64,000 nucleotides of DNA, taken from Podospora anserina (Eukaryota). The notes under the pieces were generated by a model. The model searched no databases. It was not told the DNA's origin and worked only from the letters and a program-made list of their open reading frames with translations. The stretch is taken from the NCBI GenBank assembly GCA_017654855.1, contig CM030333.1, forward strand, positions 124,001-188,000. The letters run 5' to 3'. The position numbers were made by a program, and so were the translations under genes. Shown here piece after piece: positions 1 through 12,100 of this stretch (the stretch's first letter is position 1; every line of letters starts with the position of its first letter).

Positions 1-589
1 CCTTACGTACGATGAAGCGGCCGATAAAAAGACAAGCGCGGTGGTGGCATATCGAGGGAGCAAGAAGTTTGCCGAACTGGCGGCGTGGGAAATTGTGAAT
101 AATTTCGAGTGTCGTGGGGGTGGGTTGAGTTTTGACTTGATCACCTTGTGTCCCCCCATGACGTTTGGGCCTGTGGTTCATCCCGTGGTTGGCGGGCCTT
201 TGGGGCTGAATGATAGCAACAGCCAGCTGTGGAAGGTTGCGATTGCGAGCCAGCAAGGAAAAGAGCTTCCTGTCGCGAGAGTACCATTCTGGGTTGATGT
301 AAGGGATCTGGCGCAGGCGCACGTCGAAGCACTCCTTCGGCCAGAAGCAGGGGGCAAACGGTACCTGGTTGCTTCCCGGGAGAGATTCACGTATGAAATG
401 GCAGTCGAGATCATCGAGCACGAGTTTCCCAATTTTGTGATACCAGAGGGAGCGCCAGTGGTGGAGAGGCAGGTGGTCGACGAGAGCCACGGTATTGATG
501 GCGAGACAGCGGCGAGGGAGCTGGGCATCTCATATCGCGCTTTTCGAGAGACAGTGGTGGACTTGATGAGGCAAGTTGGTGCAATGTAG
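1..589 (+). CDS. NAD(P)-dependent epimerase/aldehyde reductase (GRE2/ARI1-like extended SDR), 5'-truncated by the window edge
   Basis: Frame is open from base 2 (LTYDEAADKKTSAVVAYRGSKKFAE). Has the catalytic YxxSK, LCPPMTFGP and WVDVRDLAQAH motifs of this family. Confidence 0.85.
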   Translation, partial: LTYDEAADKKTSAVVAYRGSKKFAELAAWEIVNNFECRGGGLSFDLITLCPPMTFGPVVHPVVGGPLGLNDSNSQLWKVAIASQQGKELPVARVPFWVDVRDLAQAHVEALLRPEAGGKRYLVASRERFTYEMAVEIIEHEFPNFVIPEGAPVVERQVVDESHGIDGETAARELGISYRAFRETVVDLMRQVGAM

Positions 590-1121
590 GCAGGAGCAAA
601 CCACCCGCTGGCAATGCGACCCCTGCTCAGTACCCCACATCACGGGAATGGACATGACCTCATCGATCCCAGAGCACATGAAACCCGCAACCAAATCGTA
701 TTTTCTGGCTGCATCGCTGCGGCATCGCTGATCACCCGTGATACAGATGGACTTTTTCATGTTCACTTAGTGTACAATAACCCACCTCTCTGTCTTCTTA
801 ACACCACCGCCATCCGAGGTGAGCAGCTGGCAGTACACCGCGCTGCTGAACTGATCGACACCGGCCATGACGCTACGTCGGGCCCTCGAGATTCCACACT
901 ATTCATTGGACACGGTGCCGGCAGCTGGTATTTTAGCCAGGCGGAGCCACCTGGTCGGAAGCTCTGTGTTGTTGTGCAACTGATCTTGCTCGCGTCGTTT
1001 CATGCCACCCTACCTTTGTCCACCAAGTTTGCCGCAGGCCATTGTCCCCTCAACGCGTCATTCACTTTGCTTCACACCTCGACCCGGCTATCTGCCCATA
1101 CCACTGGCACTGCTCACCACC

Positions 1122-3260
1122 ATGGCCCGCAAAGCTGGATCCGTGTCCAAACAGGTGTCCAACCCCGAGTCTCCCATCCGCCCCCAGGTACTTCTTCGCC
1201 GCTCGAACCGCAATCTCGCCCAAAGCCAAAAGATGACAGACGAGGAGGATGAGTCCCGCGAGATTCAGGGAAAGATACTGGGCATCAGGAAGGGGGCCGA
1301 CTCGGGGAATGCCACAGAGGCCACAGCTGAGGATGTTCAGTCTTCGGGCAAAGAAGGGCTCAGGTTTGCCATTGAAGGTCTGGCTCGGATGGAGCGCCGG
1401 CTGCAGCGGGCGACAAAACGGCAGAAATTGAAGGTGGAGGAAACACATCTCACTGAGACGCTCGACGAGGACGAGTACAAGCCGCCGGACGAGGTCGCCA
1501 CTGCCGGCTGGAAGCAGCGACATCAGAACCCTGGTGTGTCGAAGCAGCCAGACCGTCAGGACCGGGCCCAAAGAGGTATGTTTGGCGGCGAGGGCCTTGA
1601 TCTGAAAGACGAAGCACCAGTGGCTACTGAAGAGGCACTCGACACGGTCGAACGTGGAGCCGCACGACCTCCTCCCGTCAACAGTCACTATCTTCCGCTG
1701 CCTTGGAGAGGCCGGCTCGGCTATGTTAGCAGTCCTATAGTGGTCACCTGAGGCAAAGAATGGCATTGGATCTAATGGTATCATTAGGCATGTCTCAACA
1801 CCTACCTGCGAACAGCCAAGCCGCCAGTCTTCAGTTCCCGCACATGTCGCATGGCGTCCATCATCGACCACCGGTATCCGCTCGCCGACCCGGACCAACC
1901 CGAGCATGCAACCAAGAACAGGCCGGACAAGTCCAAGGCGGTCGATCATGAACTGGGGGTCCGCTTTGTGCAGAATCTTGGGCTTCAGAATGCAGCCGAT
2001 ATCGTCAAAATGATACGGTGGAACGACAAGTACGGCATCAAGTTTATGCGCCTCAGCTCCGAGATGTTTCCCTTTGCCAGTCATGCTGAACACGGGTACA
2101 AACTGGCCCCCTTTGCATCAGACATTTTGGCCGAGGTAGGAAGAGTGGCTGCCGAGCTCGGCCACCGTCTCACGACACATCCCGGCCAGGTATGATCCCT
2201 TGCGCAAGAAGCACTGTGGTCTCGATGTCGTTGCTGACAAGGACTCTTGTGCTTTTAGTTTACCCAGCTCGGATCTCCCCGCAAGGAAGTCATCGAGGCT
2301 TCCGTTCGAGACCTTGCGTATCACGACGAGATGCTATCCCTCCTGCGGCTGCCGGGACAGCAAGATCGCGACGCCGTCATGATCCTTCACATGGGTGGGG
2401 TTTATGGAGACAAGGCCGCGACTCTGGATCGATTCCGTGCCAACTATGCCCAGCTCTCCCCATCGATCAAGAATCGGTTAGTTCTTGAGAATGACGACGT
2501 TTCTTGGAGTGTTCATGACCTGCTGCCTGTCTGCGAAGAACTCAACATTCCACTCGTACTTGATTACCACCACCACAACATCATCTTCGACCCTTCAAAG
2601 TGCCGAGAGGGGACGCTGGACATCTCGCAGCCAGAAATCATGGAACGGATCAAAGTAACCTGGCGGCGCAAGGGAATCACGCAAAAGATGCACTACAGCG
2701 AGCCATGTCCGGGCGCCGTTACACCACGGGACAGGCGCAAGCACAGCCCACGAGTCATGACGCTGCCGCCCTGTCCGCCGGATATGGACCTCATGATTGA
2801 AGCCAAGGATAAGGAGCAGGCCGTCTTTGAACTGATGCGTACCTTCAAGCTCCCAGGGTTTGAAAAGATCAATGACATGGTTCCGCATGAGAGGTTTGAC
2901 GAGCCAAGACCTGTCCCACGGGTTGCGTCGGCAACAAAGAGTAAGAAGTCCAAAACAGGAGCCAACGTCAGGCGGAAGCGAGCGGTCGATGAAGAGGAGC
3001 CGGCCGAAGCAGACGACATGGCCGTCGCCGAATCAGATGCCATCAAGACAGAGGCGGCTCAGGTTTCTGAAGTTACGGTTACGGCGCTGGAGTTTGGGAT
3101 GGGTGGTCCCGATAATCGGGTTTACTGGCCACCAGGCATGGAGGAGTGGTTGAAGCCGAGGAAGAGACAATCCAACAAAAGCACCAAATCAGGCAAACGG
3201 GATTTGGAGGAAGATGACGAAGACACAGGAGGAAATCTGGAAGAAGCCGAAGGGATCTAG
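1122..3260 (+). CDS. uve1: UV-damage endonuclease UVDE (Neurospora mus-18 / S. pombe uve1 family), 3 exons
   Basis: Introns 1725-1787 and 2190-2258 restore GRLGYACLNTYLR and THPGQFTQLGSP. Also has RLSSEMFPFASH, LVLENDD, LDYHHH, KMHYSE and LMIEAKDKE. Confidence 0.95.
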
Positions 3261-3870
3261 AGAGATGTGATGGCCTAGTAATGAAACACTACCTCATCTT
3301 CAAGAATTGACTCTTATTTACCGTCAAAACCGACAAGGGCTTCTCCCAATGCTGCTTCTATATACATGCAAGATGTCCCTTTGTTTTCCCGCTGCGCCGC
3401 CCAAAATGATGCAATGACAAGCCCCAAAAAGAAGAAGAGAAAAAGAAAAAGACAACAGAACCCCTTTCCTAAAGGGCCTTGAGTGCAGGAACTCCAGATG
3501 CCCTGCTCTGGTCGGTGTCCTGAAGGCGGCTCAGTCTGATAACTCCTTCCCCTCGTTTGTCGCCTGGGCAATGATTCCTGGACAAGCCCCAGCGACGGAT
3601 CTTGGTAGATGAGGCGCTGGAGATGGGGGATTTCCCGGGGTAGAAAGATGCTGAAGGACGTGCGCAAGCCTGCTTGTTACTGAGAAACAAGGGCACAGAG
3701 TAAAAAAGAAAAAGAAAAGTATAGAAAGGGTGGTGGTGAGGTGATTAAGACTGGATAAGTGGCAAAGGAAGCAGGCCAAAAAATGATGAAACGTAGCGAG
3801 CGTGGGCAACCGAGTGCGTCCAGAGATCGAACGTGTCGAAGTGCAGCGCAGGACAAGGCACCCCAGAGAC

Positions 3871-4059
3871 TCAGGCAGAGCTTGAAACCTGCGTCGAAGC
3901 CTGGGCAACCTCTCCCCTCAACTCTCTGCACCGGGGGTTGGAGCAGGTGCCGCAGAACAAGGTGCTTTTGCCGTAAGCCTTGATGGTGTCGCAGGAGCAG
4001 GTGATCGACTTGGAGATCAAGGTCGTCGAGCAGGCGTAGGATATCGAAGTGCCGCACAT
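3871..4059 (-). CDS. Putative 62-aa cysteine-rich microprotein
   Basis: AAAATG start context, strongly C-ending codons and 7 Cys (CSC, CGTC). Confidence 0.45.
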   Translation of the reverse strand: MCGTSISYACSTTLISKSITCSCDTIKAYGKSTLFCGTCSNPRCRELRGEVAQASTQVSSSA

Positions 4060-5905
4060 TTTCTTCTCGTGATTCTCTTTGCTACTGTGGAGGGATGACA
4101 GATGCTAACGTCGTCTTGTCGACATCCGGAACGGGTGGTGGTGATGGCCGGCCCTTGATCCGAAATCTGTTCTGTGCTTGAAGGTACTGCAAGTGAGCTG
4201 GCCGGGATCACGTCCTTGATGCTGCTTGCTGAAGCCAATGTGCAATGAGGACCCAAACCTGCCCTCTCTCAGGTTGCCAATAGGTCGGGAAGCTGTTTTG
4301 ACGGCGACGTCGCGAGGTTCGACTGGCTGCAAGACGGTGTTAGCGCACCCGCTTCTCTGCGTCTGTCGTGGTGTAAGGGGGAGAGAGAGATGCCCACTTA
4401 CTACTGAAGATGGTCGAGAGGGAGGTGGCAAAGGGGCATACAGATTCTAGACTTGCTTGGCTCTGCAAGGGGTGGTTGTTGATCACTGATCACTCTCCAC
4501 AAATCGAGGAACTGATGGTTTCGAGAAGAGCTTGTTCTTGTGCGGTTGGAGGCCTGGGGCGTGACTCTATTTGAAGAAATAAACTTGCTCGAACGTCCGG
4601 AAGTCCGTGTAGTCCAGAAATATAGCGGCGCTCAGAACGTGAGCATGTGGAAGCCAAAAAGAGAGCAGCGGGAAGAGCGCCGTCTCTAGACCGGAGCTTG
4701 CCGGACTGGAAAAGTGGTGTGGTGTTGTGGCTGCGCCGACTTGGGACAGACGCACATGGAGGAGCTGGAAGGGTAAGGGGAACGAGAGTTGCAGGTGCTG
4801 AGAGATCTGAAACTTTGGACAGGTGAGGGTCTTTTCAGCCAGGATATTAAACACTTTGAAAAGACTCGACGATGGGCCTGCCCAACGACACCCACTTCTT
4901 TCCGAGCGAGACGCAGTGCGTGCCCCATTGCCCCCATGTCATGTCCTATCCCATCCATGCCCTGGCAGCATGATGAAATGGATGGGCGGGGTTCTGGGCC
5001 CCCAAAGAATCCGACGTCATCGGTCCACCGCTAAATTTGAGGGTCGTGAACTTCTCCTCGGGCTCCACCGAGTTTCCGTCCGCTGACATGCACCACCACT
5101 GGGCTACGACATCCGCCAGTGACATCTCACACCAGACAGATGCGAACCGACAACAAGCTTTCTACGGGTTGAGGGCCGACTCGGACATCTCACCGCAAGT
5201 GTGCATGTAGCGCAGCGTTTGTCGAGATGCGTCGAGATGGGCTGCGTTTAACAAAGCTGGCGCGGTGCCTGGGTAAAAACCGTTAGTGTCACTCTTCCCC
5301 AGACGGGGCCACCTCCCCCATCCTCCCGCGCGCAGTGGCTGAAACAAGCTGAGGGGCCAAACCGGATTTCAAGTCCCTTTCATCTGTAAGTCAACAAAAA
5401 TATCTTTTTATCTCACACTCGGCACTCCTCTTTGCAGTCATTGGGGTCCATTCTGGTCGCCGACTCCTTTTTGTGCAGCAATCTCAGCCTAGCACATACA
5501 TACACATGCTGCCCAATTATGTAATACATGGGTGGGGTCTTTCATTCCTCTGTCCAGTGGGTTGCCAACGCCCTCACAGGCCCGGTCCGTCTGTCATATG
5601 TCAATGCCATTGTGACATCAGATATCTACCCCAATTGCATCTGGTGTTTACTTACAACGTGCTCTCTCTTGAAGAGTGCACATGGTTGTATGCTCACCAG
5701 CATTTCATCAGGGCGCTGTGATCTCCCTGGTCTAGAACTTACGTACATTGCCGAGGATCAGTACATGCTTAAACTCTTGGTGAACAGGGGCTGCCGAAAG
5801 CTTTCTCTGGTGGAGAATGTAGATGTAACCTTATCGACGCGACTGCGGGATGCCTCAAAGAAACTTTGAAGAGTCCTGTACCTCAAGGTGTAGTAATCTG
5901 CAATA

Positions 5906-6832
5906 ATGCAAGAGATACGAAGGAGCACGTCCGATATTCCAGCGAGGCCTAGGCCTTTGTCATATACTGACATCGGCACTCGACAAACCTCGAGGCTCCC
6001 AGCACACCTCCAGTCAACATATACCTCCCACCTCCGATCGAGCTCACGAACGTCGTGGGATGGCCTCGAACTGAGCCGCCCTCTTCCTATCCCCCGTCCT
6101 AGATCGGCATCACCAAGACCAGCACGTCGCCTAGGAAGACCTCATTCCATAGCCTATCTTCCAGACAACCATCTTTTGAACGTTGACAGATGGAGCTACG
6201 ATAGGGTGCGCATGCCATCTGCACCCTCTTCAACGGAGTCTCCAGAGTCTGAGCCCCTTCCACGACCATGCAGTCCACCGACAACTCGCCGGTCTCCTCC
6301 CCCTTCCCCTTCATCATTTTCAAGCCGGCCAATATCGGTGCACTTTGTAAACGCCTTTGGCGGACCAGACGATCCAATATTGCCGTTGCCATCAACGCCT
6401 TATCATGCAGCTGGAACGGGAGCGAGCACTCCCACGCTCTCGGTCACCCACCCTGATGGATCAACCGAACCTTGTTCTTTGATGCTTCCCAGCCCTCTCC
6501 ATCAAGCCCAGCAGGAGCAACCCGCTCTCTATTCAGCAGCCGAGACAGAGCCTTGCTCAAATCTGAAACATGATATTCACACGGCCCCAAGCACAAATAA
6601 ACCCCCATCGCCACTAGGTGAAACAGCAGAAGGGGACACGGCCAAAAGCAGGACTGGGAGACAGAGGGGAATGTCGGTGGACAGCATAATGAACACACCT
6701 GGCTGCTGCGGTCTATGCGAGAGACGTACAGCCAAATTGATAGGCGGGAAGATTACGGCTTGGGTGATGGGAACATTGATCCCAGTTACCTTTGGAGTCA
6801 TGACAGGGATCTTGTCCAAAATGTTCCACTGA
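5906..6832 (+). CDS. Hypothetical Pro/Ser-rich protein with a C-terminal hydrophobic segment
   Basis: 308-aa ATG-initiated ORF. Low-complexity body, ending in ITAWVMGTLIPVTFGVMTGIL. Confidence 0.6.
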   Translation: MQEIRRSTSDIPARPRPLSYTDIGTRQTSRLPAHLQSTYTSHLRSSSRTSWDGLELSRPLPIPRPRSASPRPARRLGRPHSIAYLPDNHLLNVDRWSYDRVRMPSAPSSTESPESEPLPRPCSPPTTRRSPPPSPSSFSSRPISVHFVNAFGGPDDPILPLPSTPYHAAGTGASTPTLSVTHPDGSTEPCSLMLPSPLHQAQQEQPALYSAAETEPCSNLKHDIHTAPSTNKPPSPLGETAEGDTAKSRTGRQRGMSVDSIMNTPGCCGLCERRTAKLIGGKITAWVMGTLIPVTFGVMTGILSKMFH

Positions 6833-7130
6833 TCAATGTCCATCTCTGGGGTTAATCATCGTCTGGGGAAGCAGCTCGGACATCTCGTCGAGGTTGTAGC
6901 CCCAGAGAGCTGTTATCGGGCATTCTTGAAATAGATCTAAGGTGTGTCCTGCCAATCTGGGTAGTAACGTCCACAGTGATGCAAAGATCACACCGGTAAA
7001 GTTGGTTTTTGGGAACTAGAATAGATATCTTTTGTTGCTTGTTAGATAATCATGTGTCCCTTATAATGTCACTATCCCGGCTCGCTCTCGTCAACGCCAA
7101 GCTACGACAGGTGTCCACACCTACTTCAAA

Positions 7131-7225
7131 TCTTCCGTAGTATAGTGGTCAGTATGTGAGCTTGTCAATATCCACCTGGATAGAAAACAACGCTCGAGAC
7201 CCGGGTTCAATTCCCGGCGGGAGAG
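7131..7225 (+). tRNA. tRNA-Asp(GTC) with intron (~7168-7190)
   Basis: Acceptor stem TCTTCCG/CGGGAGA, D-loop TAGTGGT, anticodon GTC at 7164-7166, T-loop GGTTCAATTCC, downstream oligo-T. Confidence 0.93.
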
Positions 7226-8725
7226 ATTGTGACCATTCATTTTTACTTTTTGGGTAGTCTTTCGCTCTTGTTGGCCCTGTTACGTGCTGTTCTCATAGTC
7301 CTCACAATTTCATCTAGCTATCGTGCATATATCTTTTTGTAATGAATTATTTGCTTACTCCTAGCGACGATAAACGTCTGTGGTCTATGCAACATAGTGC
7401 TAAGGTCTGGTTAGGAATGGAAAGTACATATCTGTAAGGCTGGAGCTATGATAGTAGCTGAGGGTGAGAGATATCAGTTCTTACTTGATGGCGGATGCTT
7501 GTCGTCCATCAATTCGGGCTTGGTCTAAAAACACTACCTTATGTTCCATCCAAAGTCTGTGTCTAGCTAGATGACCAAAGAATTACTGGGTATCCATTGA
7601 CCCCCTAAGCAATAGCAACGACGAGACGTACCAGCACAAGCACACTGGCCGCCCATCCACATGCAAACAGCATTTGTAATCTTCTGGCATTATCTGATTA
7701 TATATCAACCAGGAGTATTTCACAAAACAACGTTCCAATCCAACATAGGTCGCTCTCAGGACGCACTCAGTAGATGTTCCCGTTGAAAATCTGACACCAG
7801 GCTTCCGTCTTGTCTCGTTGTTGGGACGTTAAGTCGGCTGAGCTACATTTATTTTCCTCTAGGACTCTATAATGAACTACCTTTGAAAGTCACAGCTAGT
7901 CTGGTCTCGGTTGGCCTGTCACCCGCATCGATGGAGTCTTTTCTCTGTCCCTCTGGGGTCTCGTGGGACAGCAAGAACAGATTCAGGGTAAGGTGAACAT
8001 AGTTCAGTTAGGTTTAGACGAAATAACGAAGAAACAGCACAACGCCTCGTTAGCTTACTGTTTCCTTTGCCGTAATCTTGCTTCGGCGTGGCCCAAAAAG
8101 CGAGTGGGTGTCGAGTTGACATGTGCTGACCCGTCAGGACAGAATGTAATAAATGCTCACTCGCACGATGTATGAGGTATCATACGAAATCTGGGTCAAT
8201 GGTTGAAAGTGAATAAATTACCTGTGCCGGTACCATAAAGTTGCTAGTTTACCCATCCCACCATCCAACTGTACATAACACCAGACATCCATCCATCATA
8301 CCTTGCCCAAGTCAACAAAAGTTCCGCCCGCCCAGGTAGACCCCAACACCAAGAAAACACCAGATCCATTTCCACAAATGCCAACTTGGTTGTGTCTGGA
8401 ACAATGTGCCCGTGCATCCTTCCCAAGCCAGTCTAACAAGCCATGGGACAGATGACGGGAGCCGGACCAAGCCTCCTTTCCAGCCAGCCGAAAATAGACT
8501 CCTAAAACAGCAGCATTCCCATTCCCTTGTGCCAACCCAGCCATCAGAGCAGAACCTCCCAGCTCTCGGACCGAGCTATATGGGCGTTCGGAAACGCAAA
8601 ACATCAAAGCGACTCCACAAAGAGACAAAACAACAAACGCAGCACCAAACGCATGTCCCAATAAACACCTTCTGCGATATCAAGAGCAAAGAAAGTGACA
8701 GAAAAAGAAAAGCGCACCGGACTCT

Positions 8726-10101
8726 CTAGGCCACACACTCAACTCCGACTACTCGATTTTCATGGCTCTCGTCAGCCATGGGCAGAGGAGAAGCAGGAGC
8801 ATCACCTTCTTCTTTGGCTGAGGTGCTCTCCCACAGCTCAAAGCTCTCCCCCGTTCCCTCCATAGGCTCCAGCACCGCCGCTTTGAGGGAAGTTCCGTCG
8901 CTGTTGCCCATGATGTCGTCGACGTTTACAGACTCTACGTCGGCAAGTGTCGTCCGTTTCTGCCGCTGCTCTCCGCCATACGATTGTTGCTCGCCCTCTT
9001 CTGGCAGGACGTGGTGCTGGTGCTGGTGCTGCTGCTGGTACTGATCGTTGTCCCCAACGACCGTCTCAGCTTCTTCTTCATCCCAGGGGACGAGCACCAC
9101 GCTGTCCTTGGTGCATCCTTCGGCGTAGTAGTCGGCGGCATTCATTTCAGCAAGAGCACCCCTCTGCTTCTCAATGATCATGTCATCGACGTCGCCCACT
9201 CTGGCGGCCTGTCGAGCAGAGGTCTGGGAGATATCGTCGGCAGGGGGAATGTTCTCCTTGTCTCTGCCCTCGGCTCGGTCGCGACTCTGGCGTCGCTCAG
9301 ACTCCTCGTCGCTGCTAATGTCAAGGGTGCAGGTGCCGTGCTGAAGAAGGTTCGTCATCTCCTGTTCCGGGGTGTCTTCGTGGATGTCAAAGAACCAGGA
9401 GGATTGCATGCCGCCCGTGGACAGCAGGAAGGAGTCCGAAGAGGCAGGGGCAGCAGCGGGGCCGGGCGCGGCAGAGGTCCGCAGAGAGCCAGAGTAGGCT
9501 GGGATGGAGCCCTTGAGGGCGGCATCGAGCGAAAAGGGAACTGAGGAGCCGGCGCCGAGGCCAAAGGATGGGGGATCAATCCGCTGCGTATGGCGGCGCT
9601 TAGAGAGAATGCCAATCCGCTTGGAGCCGCGGGTTGGGGAACGGCCAGCTGGGGCGGTTAGGGGACTGGGCGTGCCGGTAGTGCTGAGACGGGAAGCTGG
9701 TGATTTTGGCTGAAGAAAGGTGCGCGGCTTGGAGGAAGAGGAGAGCTTGCTTGGGGGAAGACTGGCAGCGCCGTGGAGGTTGGAGGTGGAAGCCGCCTTG
9801 GTCATCACAAAAGTGGAAGGCTTGAATAAGGGCTTCACGAACCCGGTTCCATCAGCGCCGGCTCCCTTTGACCGCTTGGAGAAGAGCACTGGGTCGACAT
9901 TTTCAGAGTCGTCGGCGTCCACCACCTCGGAAGCCTTGCGCTTAGCTGGGGAGTTGGAGAGGGCTGTTACGGTCAGTATGAAGCCTAGGACATGCAGGAC
10001 AGAAGCAGCAGCATACCATTCTGTCGGTTCTTGAGGCTCGTCAGTGTCTTTAACCGCGTGTGGTCAAGAGGAGCAAACGGCTGACGGCTAACAGTCGCCA
10101 T
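8726..10101 (-). CDS. Conserved disordered protein with ABBA, KEN and D-box motifs (Acm1-like APC/C-Cdh1 pseudosubstrate), 2 exons
   Basis: Exon 1 MATVSRQPFAPL...KNRQN joins through intron 10016-9964 (GTATGC...CTGAC...CAG) in frame to the 8726..9925 ORF. Motifs FDIHED, DKENIPP, RGALAEM. Confidence 0.75.
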
Positions 10102-10995
10102 GGTGGGATTGTCGTAGCACACCACCCGAGAAGGAGGGAAAGGGGTGACGCTGTGTTGTGCTGCGCTGGCTAGTGTGTCCAAGCCTAATCGAATGCCCGA
10201 CTCGATCAAGGCGATCAATCGTTGGTGAACCCAGGCAAGGGCAACAGAAGCCAACAAATGCTCAGGATTTGCCTGTTTGCTTCTCTGCTCAGCGTTCCTT
10301 CTGAAATTTGACCTGTCCTGCTGTCGTGACAGAAGAACAGGAAATGCAGAGCGAAGGGAACAGGAGGGAAAGAGAGGCGACACTGGCGGGGCGGGCGAGC
10401 GAGCGAGGGCTGCGCACTATTCTTATTGCGCAAGCTGGTCTGGTGGGAGATGGCCAGACGCGATAGTATGCTGGATAGACGGATGGATGGGCTGGCCGGG
10501 CAAAAGCGGTCGCTCTTGTTCCGGTTTGTCTGGTTGTTTGACGTTGGGGTGCGAGAAGCGACTGGCAGCGAGGTGACCCAGACCGATGCCGGATATCTGA
10601 GGTTGGGTGAGATGTCAGAGGAAGCGCTGGCAGATTACCTAGAGCTGCTGCTGTGGCAGGACAGGTTGGACAAGGGGGACCAGACTGAGAGATGTCGGCC
10701 AAGAGAGAGAGATGGGAACTGAAGAGGGGAGAAAGGGAAGCTGTAGCCCAACGGCGATGGACAAGCTGGGAGGACGAGGTAAGGTAGGTAGGTAGGTAGT
10801 TGCCCTGGAAGTGGTGGTGGAGGGCGGCGGGCGGCCTTGACTGGTGGGGGGGAGGGCACCTCAGCGCGAGGGAGGACCTGGCTCGAAGTGAGGTGGTACT
10901 CGAGGTACTGCTAGAGGTACTCCTGTAGGTACTTCGTCGGGTGCTGGTGATACCGTACTGTGCTGTGGGCGAACAGAGAGATGAGGTAAAACTCT

Positions 10996-11188
10996 ACGCG
11001 TAGCGGCCGTGCCGTTGGGTGGCTCTAATTGGACTCTGGAGCGCAAGGGAGAGCGCTGTCCACGGGAACAAAAGTTGCCCACAAGTGCTTGCAGGAGCGT
11101 GCATGGGCAACAAGGCCTGCCATTGGACAGCGGCTCTTCAGCGGACGCCGTGTACACAATGCGCCAATCCACAAACGAATTAACGCGT
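10996..11188. promoter_or_regulatory. Two perfect MCB boxes (ACGCGT) in a divergent promoter
   Basis: ACGCGT at 10996-11001 and 11183-11188, between the Acm1-like gene and dTMP kinase. Confidence 0.45.
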
Positions 11189-12100
11189 CTTGGACTGCTC
11201 ACTCCCTGTCCAGCAAGTACAGGATCCGCGTCGCATCTTTAAGAGGCCGTGCCGATTCTGCCCGGGCCGGCACTGTGAACTTGGAGAAGACACAGGTGAG
11301 ACGGCCACCCCTCCTTCCTCCCTCCCTTTGACTTATCTCTGTGTCTCTGCCTGCCTACATACAATAACTCGAGATATGCCCTCGACGCCTGAACAAAGAT
11401 ATTCGGGTGGCTGGTTGAGTCGCTACGGCCTCAGGTTTCAACTGGCCCATTCGATGAGACTGCGCCCTGGCAGATGTTTCCATTGCCACCATCTCTTGCC
11501 AAGGCGTCAAAAGAGGAGTTGGGCAGAAGAAACAAGCGGCTACCCAGACGGGGGGATTTCGCACAGGCTTTCTTCCTTTCTTTTTATAGTGGCCGTTTGA
11601 TCGGTTGATCATGGCGGGGGTTTGGTGGCAAGCGAGCAAGCTTAACTCGACCAGCACCTTTGAGAGGGGAACGATGAACCCCTCACCTTCAAACTGGAAT
11701 CCACACTGCACACCCGACCTATGTACCTCGCTCATCGAACCCGATTCACGTCACCTGTTTTTCCCCTGACGATGAGGCGCAACCCCCCTGGGATGGCACA
11801 TACAGGAAGGATAATGTATGTAGGCAATAGGAACCATCATTCCACAGGCTGACACTACTGCAACTGTCGGGCGAAGTGCCTCACTCATCCCATTCATGAT
11901 TTGTTCCTTCAAGAACCTATGCCGCAGCAGCTGCCAGCTGGCACCCGTCAAGCCATCTGCTACTGCACTTCCAGGTTGCCAAGCCTTCCAAGCTTCCAGA
12001 TGCTCCTCAGAAGCTCTGGCTTTGGGCTTTCCGTCATAAGCCGACCTCACCTCACCTCACGGACGAACGACATTTGTGTCTGCCCTCGAGTCCATTCACA

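Noticed and set aside
614-1252. 212-aa plus-strand ORF
   Set aside because: Covers the promoter and 5' end of UVDE in another frame and has no recognisable motifs.
3677-4057. 126-aa Leu/His-rich minus-strand ORF
   Set aside because: Its composition is the shifted-frame shadow of the 62-aa Cys-rich ORF, and it lacks an ATG start.
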